This document shows, in pieces, positions 41,598 to 50,386 of a stretch of 64,000 nucleotides of DNA. The stretch comes from Bryobacterales bacterium (GTDB lineage Bacteria; Acidobacteriota; Terriglobia; Bryobacterales; UBA6623). How positions within the stretch are numbered: position 1 is the first letter of the stretch; each line of letters starts with the position of its first letter. The translations under genes were made by a program, and so were the position numbers. The notes beneath the pieces are model-generated. The model was not told the DNA's origin and ran no database searches. It saw only the letters and a list, made by a program, of their open reading frames with translations. The DNA is taken from contig OY729428.2 of the NCBI GenBank assembly GCA_963422375.2, positions 384,001-448,000 on the forward strand, given 5' to 3'.

Positions 41598-43159
41598 TGC
41601 TGCGCGTCCTGACGGCGGCCGAGATGCGCGCGGCGGACCGGGCAACGATCATCGACCGCGGCATCCCCAGCCTCGTGCTGATGGAGAGCGCGGCCAGCGC
41701 CGTCACGCGCCACATGCTCGCGACGCTTCCCGATCTCGGCCGCGAGAAGGTGCTCGTCCTGTGCGGCAAGGGCAACAACGGCGGCGACGGCCTGGCCGCG
41801 GCGCGGCAGCTCCTGCTGCAGTTTCCCCGCCTGGACCTGCACGTCGCGCTCCTGGCGCCGCCGGATTCGCTGTCCGCAGACGCGAGGGCCAACCTGCGGA
41901 TGCTCGAGGCCCAGGATTGCCGGGCCGCGATCGCCGCGACTCCGGAGGCCTGGCACGAGCGGCTGGCCGACGTGGCCGACTCGAGCGTCATCGTCGACGC
42001 GATTCTGGGCACCGGCCTCAAGGGCCCCGCCCGGGGGCTGGCCGCCCGGGTCGTCGCGGACGCGAACGCCGGCTTCCGCAACGCGCGCGTCGTCGCGGTG
42101 GACATGCCGAGCGGCCTCGGCAGCGATTCCGGCAGCTGGCCCGGGGAATGCATGCGGGCCGACTGGACCGTGACATTCACCGCTCCGAAGGCCAGCCAAG
42201 TGCTGCCGCCGTCCTGCGACCGGGTGGGCCGGCTGGAGGTGGCGCGGATCGGCACGGCCGACTCGGTGCTGGCCGCCCTGCCCGGCCCGCGCCTGATGCT
42301 GTGCGAGGCGTCGGACGCCATCGAGTACTGCCGGCCGCGGAGCCGGGCGGCCCACAAGGCAAGCTACGGGCACGTGATCGCCATCGGCGGCTCGGCGTCC
42401 AAGCCCGGAGCGATCCTCATGGCGGGGACGGCCGCCCTGCGCGCCGGCGCGGGACTGGTGACCGTCGCCACCGCGGCCGGGGCGTCGGAAGCCGTCATCT
42501 CCGCGACGCCCGAGCTGATGCTGGAGCCGGGACGGGAGCGAGCCGACGGCTCTCTGGGGCCGGACGCCTTCGACGACGGCCTGCTCGACGGCAAGACCGT
42601 CGCGGCCGTGGGGCCCGGCCTGGGCAGCGCGGACGCGAATCGCGAACTGGCGCGGAGGATCTACCGCGAGTGCCGGCTGCCGCTGGTGGTGGACGCGGAC
42701 GGGCTGAGGGCGGTGAGGGCCGGGGCGACGCCCCGGCGCGAAGCGCCCACCGTCCTCACGCCGCACCCCGGGGAGATGGCGCGCATGACCGGCCGATCGA
42801 CCGCGGAGATCCAGGCGGACAGGGTCCGCGCGGCGAGGGCCGCGGCCGCGGACACGGGAGCGTGCGTCGTGCTGAAGGGCCAGCGCTCCCTGATCGCGTC
42901 GCCGGACGGCGACGTGGCCGTCAGCCCCACGGGCACGCCGGGCATGGCGACGGCCGGCTCGGGCGACGTGCTGACCGGGATGGTCGCCGCGCACCTGGCG
43001 CAGTTCCCGGACCGGCCGGTTTTCCCCACCGTGGCGGCGGCGGTCTACCTGCACGGCCTGGCGGGCGAGCTGGCGGCCGCCGAGCTCGGGGAGCAGGGCA
43101 TGCTGGCGACCGACATCGGCAACTGCCTCGCCCAGGCGCGAGGAGCCCTGGCGGCGTGA
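41597..43159 (+). CDS. nnr: Bifunctional NAD(P)HX epimerase/dehydratase
   Basis: LMESA, CGKGNNGGDG, DAILGTG, VDMPSG, GPGLG, DADG, LTPHPGE, ATAGSGDVLTG. Confidence 0.96.
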   Translation: MLRVLTAAEMRAADRATIIDRGIPSLVLMESAASAVTRHMLATLPDLGREKVLVLCGKGNNGGDGLAAARQLLLQFPRLDLHVALLAPPDSLSADARANLRMLEAQDCRAAIAATPEAWHERLADVADSSVIVDAILGTGLKGPARGLAARVVADANAGFRNARVVAVDMPSGLGSDSGSWPGECMRADWTVTFTAPKASQVLPPSCDRVGRLEVARIGTADSVLAALPGPRLMLCEASDAIEYCRPRSRAAHKASYGHVIAIGGSASKPGAILMAGTAALRAGAGLVTVATAAGASEAVISATPELMLEPGRERADGSLGPDAFDDGLLDGKTVAAVGPGLGSADANRELARRIYRECRLPLVVDADGLRAVRAGATPRREAPTVLTPHPGEMARMTGRSTAEIQADRVRAARAAAADTGACVVLKGQRSLIASPDGDVAVSPTGTPGMATAGSGDVLTGMVAAHLAQFPDRPVFPTVAAAVYLHGLAGELAAAELGEQGMLATDIGNCLAQARGALAA

Positions 43160-43626
43160 CGCTGCGCACGGAATCGGCGGACGAGACCTTCGCGGCGGGC
43201 GCGCGCATAGCCGCCCGGTTGCGCCCCCCGGCCGTGGTGATGCTGGTCGGCGACCTCGGCGTGGGCAAGACCACCCTCGCCAAGGGGATCGTGTCGGCGC
43301 TCGGAGCCGCGCCGGCCGAGGACGTGCTCAGCCCCACGTTCTCCCTCGTCCACGCATACGGCTCGGACCCAAAGGTCTATCACCTCGATCTCTACCGGCT
43401 CGATACCGTGCCGGAGCTCGAGACGCTGGGCCTCGAGGACATCTGGGACGAGCGCGCCGTCGTGGTGGTGGAGTGGGGGGAGAAGTTCGATCGCCAGATG
43501 CCAGGCGAGCGGCTCGAGGTCCGCATGGAATACGACGGCGAGGACTCGCGCGTCATCCGAATCGAGGAGCCGTCGCGGCAGCCCGGGCGCGGGCGAGCCG
43601 TCGGTATAATTCCGAGCGGGCCGTGA
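43156..43626 (+). CDS. tsaE: tRNA t6A biosynthesis ATPase
   Basis: GTG start overlapping the nnr stop; GDLGVGKTT, SPTFSLV, YHLDLYRL, VEW. Confidence 0.96.
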   Translation: MTLRTESADETFAAGARIAARLRPPAVVMLVGDLGVGKTTLAKGIVSALGAAPAEDVLSPTFSLVHAYGSDPKVYHLDLYRLDTVPELETLGLEDIWDERAVVVVEWGEKFDRQMPGERLEVRMEYDGEDSRVIRIEEPSRQPGRGRAVGIIPSGP

Positions 43627-44210
43627 TCGCAGCACTGCGCGGAACGCTGGCGGACAAGCAGGCCGGGAAGGTGATTGTCGACGCCGGCGGCGTCGGCTAC
43701 GAAGTCTCTATCCCCGTCGAGACCTACAGCCGCCTCGGAGAGCCGGGCGAGGAGATCTCGCTCCATATCCACACGCATATGCGCGAGAACATCCTGGCGC
43801 TGTTCGGCTTCCACAGCCGCAGCGACAAGGAGCTCTTCGAGAGGTTCCTCGACGTCGCCGGTGTCGGCCCGCGCCTGGCCCTCGCGCTCCTGTCGGGCCT
43901 GACCGCGCCGGAACTGGTCCGGGCGATCCGCTCGGGCGACTTGAAGCGGCTCGTCCGCATTCCCGGCGTCGGCAAGAAGACGGGCGAGCGGATTGTCCTA
44001 GAATTGAGGGACAAGCTCGACGCATTCGACGGCATCGAGGACGGCGCGCAGCGGGAACTGGCCGTCGATGACGACGTGGTCTCCGTGCTGGTCAATCTCG
44101 GCTCCAGCGAGGACAGCGCCGCCCGGGCTGTCCGCGAGGCGCGCCGCAAGGGGGCGTCGGACCGGTTCGACGAGCTGTTCCGCCTAGCGATGACGTCGCT
44201 CAAGCGCTAG
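43623..44210 (+). CDS. ruvA: Holliday junction branch migration protein RuvA
   Basis: IAALRGTL, GVGYEV, LFGF, VAGVGPRLA, IPGVGKKTGERIVLELRDK. Confidence 0.97.
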   Translation: MIAALRGTLADKQAGKVIVDAGGVGYEVSIPVETYSRLGEPGEEISLHIHTHMRENILALFGFHSRSDKELFERFLDVAGVGPRLALALLSGLTAPELVRAIRSGDLKRLVRIPGVGKKTGERIVLELRDKLDAFDGIEDGAQRELAVDDDVVSVLVNLGSSEDSAARAVREARRKGASDRFDELFRLAMTSLKR

Positions 44211-44218
44211 CAGGCGCC

Positions 44219-45244
44219 ATGGCCCGGAAGCGCATCATAAGCCCGGAAGAGTCGGACCAAGACCGCCACTTCGACGTGGCGCTGCGTCCGAAGCGCCTCG
44301 CGGAATTCGTCGGCCAGAGCGCGCTCAAGGAAAACCTGGCCATCGCGATCGAGGCGGCGACTAAGCGCGAGGAGGCGCTCGACCACGTGCAGCTGTACGG
44401 CCCGCCCGGCCTCGGCAAGACGACCCTCGCGACGATCATCGCCAACGAGCTGGGCGTACAGGCCGACTACACCTCGGGCCCGGTGCTGCAGAGGAAGCTC
44501 GACCTGACGGGCATCCTGACGACCCTGAAGGAGCGCCAAGTCTTCTTCATCGACGAGATCCACCGCCTGCTGCCGGACGTCGAGGAAATGCTCTACTCGG
44601 CCATGGAGGACTTTCGCGTAGACCTCATCGTGGGCCAGGGCCCCGGAGCCCGCATGCACTCGATCCCAGTGAAGCCCTTCACCGCGATCGGAGCCACCAC
44701 GCGGCAGGGGCTGATCAGCGCGCCCCTGCGGTCGCGATTCGGCATCACCGCCCGGATCAACCCTTACGACACGGTCGACCTGACCCGGATCGTCTTCCGC
44801 TCGGCGGGGCTGCTCGAGGTCGAGCTCGGAGAAGAGGCCGCCGAGGAGATCGCGAGGAGATCGCGAGGCACGCCGCGCATCGCGAACCGGCTGCTGCGCC
44901 GGGTAAGGGACTACTGCGATGTCCGGGCAGAGGGCCGGGTCGACCACGAGACGGCCAGCGCGGCGCTCGATATGCTGGAGGTGGATCCGCTCGGCCTCGA
45001 CGAAGTGGATCGCAAGATCATGGAGACAGTACTCGCGAAGTACTCCGGAGGCCCGGTCGGCCTGACCACTATCTCGGCTTCGGTGGGCGAGGAGCCCAGC
45101 ACGATCGAGGAAGTCTACGAGCCCTACCTGATGCAGCTCGGCTTCCTCGACCGGACGCCCCGCGGCCGCGTCGGGACGATGACGGCGTACGAGCACTTCA
45201 ACCTGGCGCCGCCCGCCGGGCGGCAGCCCACCCTGCAGTTCTAG
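44219..45244 (+). CDS. ruvB: Holliday junction DNA helicase RuvB
   Basis: LRPK...FVGQ, GPPGLGKTTLA, FIDEIHRL, GATTR, RGTPRIANRLLRRVRD, RTPRGR. Confidence 0.98.
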   Translation: MARKRIISPEESDQDRHFDVALRPKRLAEFVGQSALKENLAIAIEAATKREEALDHVQLYGPPGLGKTTLATIIANELGVQADYTSGPVLQRKLDLTGILTTLKERQVFFIDEIHRLLPDVEEMLYSAMEDFRVDLIVGQGPGARMHSIPVKPFTAIGATTRQGLISAPLRSRFGITARINPYDTVDLTRIVFRSAGLLEVELGEEAAEEIARRSRGTPRIANRLLRRVRDYCDVRAEGRVDHETASAALDMLEVDPLGLDEVDRKIMETVLAKYSGGPVGLTTISASVGEEPSTIEEVYEPYLMQLGFLDRTPRGRVGTMTAYEHFNLAPPAGRQPTLQF

Positions 45245-45253
45245 TGAGCCTTC

Positions 45254-45889
45254 GTGAGGCGCGCTCCGCACTACATCGCGATCGAGGGTCCGCTGCGGGT
45301 CGGAAAGACCAGGCTGGCGACGGCGCTGGCTCAGCACATCCGCGGCCGCGCCCTGCTCGACCCGGCCCCGAACCCGCACCTCGAGGCCTTCTACCGGGGC
45401 CGGGCGGGCGCGGCCTTCCGCGCCCAAATGCACTTCCTGATCGGGCGCTACAGCCGTCTGGCCGAGGCCAACGTGGAGCGGGCGCACCTGCCCGTCGTCT
45501 CGGACTACCTGTTCGAGAAGGACAAGCTGTTCGCCTACCTCAACCTGGACGATGACGAGATCTCGATCTACGACGACTTCTACAAGCACTTCAAGAGCCG
45601 GCTGCCCGAACCCGATCTCGCCGTCTATCTCAAGGCCGGGCCGGAACACCTCAGGGCGCAGCTCGCGGCGGGCAAGCCCGGGTTCGAGTCGGGTATCGCC
45701 GACGCGTACCTGCAGCGCGCGGTGCGGGCGTTCGACCATTTCTTCAGCCGCTACAAGTCTGCCGACGTGCTGGTCGTCGACGCCGCCCAGGCGGACATCG
45801 AGAACAGCCCCGACGACCTCCGCAACCTGCTCGAGGAGCTGGGCAAGCCCGTAACCGGCACGCAGTTCTTCCTGCCGCTCGGCTCCTAG
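45254..45889 (+). CDS. Deoxynucleoside kinase family protein
   Basis: YIAIEGPLRVGKT, NPHL..FY, DYLFEKD.LFA..NL, PDLAVYL. Confidence 0.88.
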   Translation: MRRAPHYIAIEGPLRVGKTRLATALAQHIRGRALLDPAPNPHLEAFYRGRAGAAFRAQMHFLIGRYSRLAEANVERAHLPVVSDYLFEKDKLFAYLNLDDDEISIYDDFYKHFKSRLPEPDLAVYLKAGPEHLRAQLAAGKPGFESGIADAYLQRAVRAFDHFFSRYKSADVLVVDAAQADIENSPDDLRNLLEELGKPVTGTQFFLPLGS

Positions 45890-45944
45890 CCAGGGCGGGC
45901 CAGCCGAAGATCCCGCTCCTTTCCCGGACCCGACCGAAACCCCC

Positions 45945-46811
45945 ATGCCCATCGACTGGACCAGCCTGCTCGCCGCATTCGGAGGCGGCCTCTTCGCCGC
46001 CGCGATCGGCACGCTGCCTTCGTTCGTGTTCACCGGCTTGCTCGTGCTGACCGGCGCTGCCGTGGCGGCTTCCGGCGGCGGCACCGGCGTGCTGGAGCAC
46101 GTCGCCTTCGGTCCCGTGTTCGGCCCGCACGTCGCGTTCGGAGGCGGCGCGGCGGCGACGGCCTACGCGTACCGCCGCGGCCTGATCCCCAGCGGCCGCG
46201 AGATCGCGCTTCCGCTGATGGGCCTGGACCGCCCCGACGTGCTGCTTGTCGGCGGTTGCTTCGGCGTCGCCGGCTACCTCCTCAACGCCGTATGGCAGCT
46301 GGCCGGTCTCGGTCCGCGGACCGACACGGTCGCGATGACGGTAGTGGTGTCCGCCATGATCGCGAGAGTCGCCTTCGGTCGCAGCGGTCTCGCGAGCAGG
46401 CCGTTCAAGCCGGACGAGCGGCACCACTGGGTGCGCCACCAGGAACGGCCAGCCCAATGCGCGTCCATCGGGCTCGGCGCCGGGCTGCTGGGCGCCTTCA
46501 TGGCGCTCGAGTTCGGGGCGGAGCGAGGCGGCGACGTCCTTGGTTTCGGCATCGCCGCAACGTCGCTGGTGTTCTCCCAGTTCGGGCTGAAGGTCCCGGT
46601 GACCCATCACATGGCGCTGCCGGCGGCGGCGGCGGCGCTGGCCTCGGGGAACATCCTCGCGGGCGCGGCCTTCGGGATTGTCGGGGCCTTCGCCGGCGAG
46701 GCCTTCTCGCGTGTGTTCCACCAGCACGGCGACACCCATGTCGACCCGCCCGCCGCCGGAATCGCGATCAGCGTGGCGCTAGCGAGGCTGATGTGGCCCC
46801 TCGGCCCGTAG
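45945..46811 (+). CDS. Conserved multi-pass membrane protein (permease-like)
   Basis: About 8-9 Gly/Ala-rich TMs; AFGPVFGPHVAFGGG, PVTHH, DTHVDPPA. Confidence 0.75.
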   Translation: MPIDWTSLLAAFGGGLFAAAIGTLPSFVFTGLLVLTGAAVAASGGGTGVLEHVAFGPVFGPHVAFGGGAAATAYAYRRGLIPSGREIALPLMGLDRPDVLLVGGCFGVAGYLLNAVWQLAGLGPRTDTVAMTVVVSAMIARVAFGRSGLASRPFKPDERHHWVRHQERPAQCASIGLGAGLLGAFMALEFGAERGGDVLGFGIAATSLVFSQFGLKVPVTHHMALPAAAAALASGNILAGAAFGIVGAFAGEAFSRVFHQHGDTHVDPPAAGIAISVALARLMWPLGP

Positions 46812-46904
46812 GCCCGCTCGGAGCGCCGCCAGCCCGAACGCCCGCGCCGCGGAGGCCTCGTCGCCCACCGGGCATGGCGGCAAAGTGTATGCTTAAGGCT
46901 GCTT

Positions 46905-48128
46905 ATGGGCTCGCGCTTCAAGGTCAGCGTCATCTGCAGCTCGTTCCTCGTGACGATCCTGCTGGTCGTGGGCGCGGTCCTCGGCAAGAGCGAGGAGCAG
47001 GAAGGAGCCTACCGCCCGCTCGCCGTGTACACGGAAATCCTTGCCCGGATCAAGAGCGATTACGTCGAGGAACCCGACATCCCGAGGGTCACGCGGGGGG
47101 CGATCCAAGGCTTGGTCGAGTATCTCGACCCGGCGTCGAGCTATCTCGTTCCGGACCAGTACGCCGCCTATCGCGAGGCCCTCGAATCGAGCGACGGCGG
47201 CACGGGGCTCGCCACGGGCATGGTAGTGCGAAAGCAAGGGACCTACACGAGCGTGCTGGCCGTGCTGCCGGGCTCCCCGGCCGCGAAGGCCGGCATCCGC
47301 ATGGACGACCTGCTGGACGCGGTCGACAACGTCAGCACGCGGGTGATGCCGCCGGCCTACTTGAAGGCGGTGCTCAGCGGGGACCCGGGCACGGAGGTCA
47401 CGGTGATGGTACGTCCCTCGTCGGACTACGACTCGCCCGTCGAGCGCACGCTGGTGCGCTACGAGCCGACTCTTCCGCCGGTGGAGTGGCGCTTGCGCGA
47501 CGACGGCGTCGGCTACATCGACGCGGACGCACTCGAGGCCGAGCAGGTGGCGCAGATCGGGAACGCCGCCAGGAGCTTGGAAACCGAGGGCGCGGAGAAG
47601 CTGATCCTCGACCTGCGCGGCAACGCCGTCGGCACGCCGGACGACGGCGTGGCGCTCGCCAACCTGTTCCTCGACGAAGGCACGATCGCGACGCTCGCCG
47701 GCCAGAGCTTCTCTGAGAAGATCTTCGCGGCCGACCCGGATTCCACCGTGACATCCCTGCCGGTGGCGCTGATCGTGGACCGTCCCACGGCCGGGGCGGC
47801 GGAGATCGCGGCGGCCGCGATCCAGCAAAACGACCGAGGCGAGGTCGTCGGCGAGGACTCCACCGGGCTGGCAGCCCTGCAGGAGACCATCGGACTAGAG
47901 GACGGCGCCGCCCTCATCCTGTCCGTCGCGACCTACCGCGGACCGGACGGGGAGGCGATCCACAACGAGGGAGTCGAGCCCGACCTCCCGGTCTCGCCCC
48001 GCGCCCTACGCCGCTACCGCGACATCCAGCACCGGATATTCGATTCGGAACAAGCCCGGCGCGCCGAAGAGGAGCGGGAGGGCGACCCCTTCCTCGAGAA
48101 GGCTCTCGAGGCCCTGAGCGGGCCGTAG
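46905..48128 (+). CDS. S41 (CtpA-like) PDZ peptidase homolog, probably inactive
   Basis: DYVEEPD, LDP.SSY, GSPAAKAGI (PDZ), LILDLRGN; the catalytic motifs read TAGAAE and STGLA. Confidence 0.88.
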   Translation: MGSRFKVSVICSSFLVTILLVVGAVLGKSEEQEGAYRPLAVYTEILARIKSDYVEEPDIPRVTRGAIQGLVEYLDPASSYLVPDQYAAYREALESSDGGTGLATGMVVRKQGTYTSVLAVLPGSPAAKAGIRMDDLLDAVDNVSTRVMPPAYLKAVLSGDPGTEVTVMVRPSSDYDSPVERTLVRYEPTLPPVEWRLRDDGVGYIDADALEAEQVAQIGNAARSLETEGAEKLILDLRGNAVGTPDDGVALANLFLDEGTIATLAGQSFSEKIFAADPDSTVTSLPVALIVDRPTAGAAEIAAAAIQQNDRGEVVGEDSTGLAALQETIGLEDGAALILSVATYRGPDGEAIHNEGVEPDLPVSPRALRRYRDIQHRIFDSEQARRAEEEREGDPFLEKALEALSGP

Positions 48129-48156
48129 TAGCCCGCCGCCCGGCGGCCATGCCGGG

Positions 48157-48495
48157 CTACTGCACCAATGTGCCGCGATTGACGGGCACGTCCCTGGGAT
48201 TCTCGATCCGAATCTCGCCGAAGGCGGACTCGTACTGCGCCACGTTCTGCGCGAGCACCAGATGGAGGGCCTTGGCCTGCTGAGGGCTCATGTACACGCC
48301 TTGGAATGACTGGAACGTGACATCGTTGCCGTCGCCCATCTTGAGGCGCCCGAACTGCAGGAAGAAGTCCCAGACGCTGACGTTGACCTGCACGCTGTTG
48401 GCGTAGCCCTCGCGGTAATCCTCCTGGCGCACGACTCGAACCTGGTCGTGCCGGGGGCGCTCCTGCACGGCGCCGGCCGGGGGCTTGGTGTCCAT
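48157..48495 (-). CDS. DUF3467 family protein
   Basis: YANSVQVNVSVWDFFLQFG, VYMSPQQAKAL..VL..NV..YE..FG.I. Confidence 0.88.
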   Translation of the reverse strand: MDTKPPAGAVQERPRHDQVRVVRQEDYREGYANSVQVNVSVWDFFLQFGRLKMGDGNDVTFQSFQGVYMSPQQAKALHLVLAQNVAQYESAFGEIRIENPRDVPVNRGTLVQ

Positions 48496-48879
48496 ACCTG
48501 ACTATTATGCATCCCCTGTCGGCTTGCGGAACGGGTCGCGAGGTGGCGGAACAGCCGGGCCACTCGGAGGGCCCGCGGCGGCACGGGCCAGTCTGCGGAG
48601 CACGCACGGGCACGAGCGAGGCCTAGGCAGGCGCGGCCAAACTCCCGCTGCCAGCGGCCCGCCGCGCGGCGGCCGCGGTCGAATGATGCCTGCGAGGCCT
48701 CGGGGTCGGCGGGGGCCGACAGGCCCGGTCGGCCAATGCCGCCCGCTGGATCGCCAAGCGGGCTCGCAGCGCCGCACGGCGCTGCGGATCCCAGCCGGCG
48801 CGGGCCGGCCGCACGGAATGCCGGGGCGCAAGCCGGCGCGGGCGGGCACCCGGTCTCTCTGGTAGGTTGAAGAGCCCGC

Positions 48880-50298
48880 GTGTTCCAACGCCATCAGCAG
48901 CGCGCGATCCTGCTGTTCGCTGCGGCCGACGCTGCCCTAGCGTCGATTTCCTTCGCCGCGGCCTACTGGACGCGCACCGGACTGCCGATAAGGGAGTTCC
49001 GGCTCGAGGCACCGACCGGGACGCTCGCCTTTATCGCCGCCACGGCGTCCGTCGTGATCTCCGGCAGGGTCACCGGAGCGTACGCCAGCCTATACGAAGC
49101 GGGCGTCCCCGGGGCCGTCGGCGCCACGGCGCGGCAGGCCGCGGCAACCGCGCTGTCGCTGCTGGCGTTCCTGTACCTGCTGAACCTGGACGTGCCTGTC
49201 AGCCGCCTATTCCTAGCCTTCTTCTTCGGCTTCCTGCTCGCGCTGCAGGTGGTCCAGCGCGTTCTGGCCGCCCGGTTTCGCGGCCAGCTGCGCAGGGCGC
49301 TCGGGACCGTGACGTCGGTCGTGGTTGTCGGCGACGGCGACAAGGCGGCGGAGATCGCGCGGCAGCTGGAATCCTCGGAGCGCCACGGCGTGCGGCTGCT
49401 CGGGATCGTCGGCTGCGGCGACCGGCTCGGGCGCGCCGTCACGCTGGGCCGGACCTACCGGGTCCGCCCGCTGGCCGAGCTGCCCGCCATGCTGGCCGGC
49501 GAGGCCATCGACGAGGTGCTGTTCGCCGTCTCCGGCGAGCGTCTGGGCGATCTCGAGGACGCGTTCATCCTGTGCGGCGAGCACGGCATCAAGACGCGGG
49601 TAGCGGCGGACTTCTTCCCCCACGCCCACAGCCGGGCGCGCTTCGACCGCCTCGGCGACCGCCCGATCCTGACCTTCTCGATCGGTCCCGACGACGACCT
49701 CCGGCTGCTCGCCAAGCGGTGCGCCGACCTGCTCGCCGCCGCCGCGGGCCTCGCGGCGCTGTGCCTGCCAATGGCCTTGGTCGCGTTGCTGGTAAGGACG
49801 ACCTCGACGGGGCCGGCACTCTTCCGCCAGCGGCGCTGCGGGCTGAACGGAAGGGTGTTCACCTGCTACAAGTTCCGCTCGATGGTCGCGGACGCGGAGG
49901 CGCGCCGCGAGGATCTGGAGCACCTCAACGAGAAGGACGGCCCGGCGTTCAAGATCCGCGACGACCCCCGCCTTACGCCGGTCGGAGGGTTCCTGCGACG
50001 CTACTCGGTCGACGAGTGGCCCCAGCTCTGGAACATCCTGCGGGGCGACATGTCGTTCGTCGGGCCGCGGCCGGCGGTCCCGTCGGAAGTGCAACGGTAC
50101 GAGACGTGGCAGCGCCGTCGGCTGCGCATGCGTCCGGGCCTGACCTGCCTGTGGGCGATCCGCGGACGGGACCGCCTCGACTTCGAGACGTGGATGCAGC
50201 TCGACCTGGAATACATCGATAGCTGGTCGCTCCTGCTCGATGCGAAGATCCTCGCCCTGACGGTGCCCGTAGTGCTGGCCGGCCGCGGCGCGAGCTGA
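48880..50298 (+). CDS. Polyprenyl-phosphate sugar-1-phosphate transferase (WcaJ/WbaP-like)
   Basis: N-terminal TMs, CoA-binding-like domain, KRCADL, FRQRRCG.NG..F..YKFRSM, DPRLT..G.FLR..S.DE.PQL.N, GDMSFVGPRP, PGLT. Confidence 0.95.
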   Translation: MFQRHQQRAILLFAAADAALASISFAAAYWTRTGLPIREFRLEAPTGTLAFIAATASVVISGRVTGAYASLYEAGVPGAVGATARQAAATALSLLAFLYLLNLDVPVSRLFLAFFFGFLLALQVVQRVLAARFRGQLRRALGTVTSVVVVGDGDKAAEIARQLESSERHGVRLLGIVGCGDRLGRAVTLGRTYRVRPLAELPAMLAGEAIDEVLFAVSGERLGDLEDAFILCGEHGIKTRVAADFFPHAHSRARFDRLGDRPILTFSIGPDDDLRLLAKRCADLLAAAAGLAALCLPMALVALLVRTTSTGPALFRQRRCGLNGRVFTCYKFRSMVADAEARREDLEHLNEKDGPAFKIRDDPRLTPVGGFLRRYSVDEWPQLWNILRGDMSFVGPRPAVPSEVQRYETWQRRRLRMRPGLTCLWAIRGRDRLDFETWMQLDLEYIDSWSLLLDAKILALTVPVVLAGRGAS

Positions 50299-50386
50299 AG
50301 CGGGCGCGCGGAGAGCGCCCCCGCGACGGCACCGGAGGCCGCCCGTGAGGCACCTTGGTATCCTCGTAGGCTCCCGGGATTCCCCC

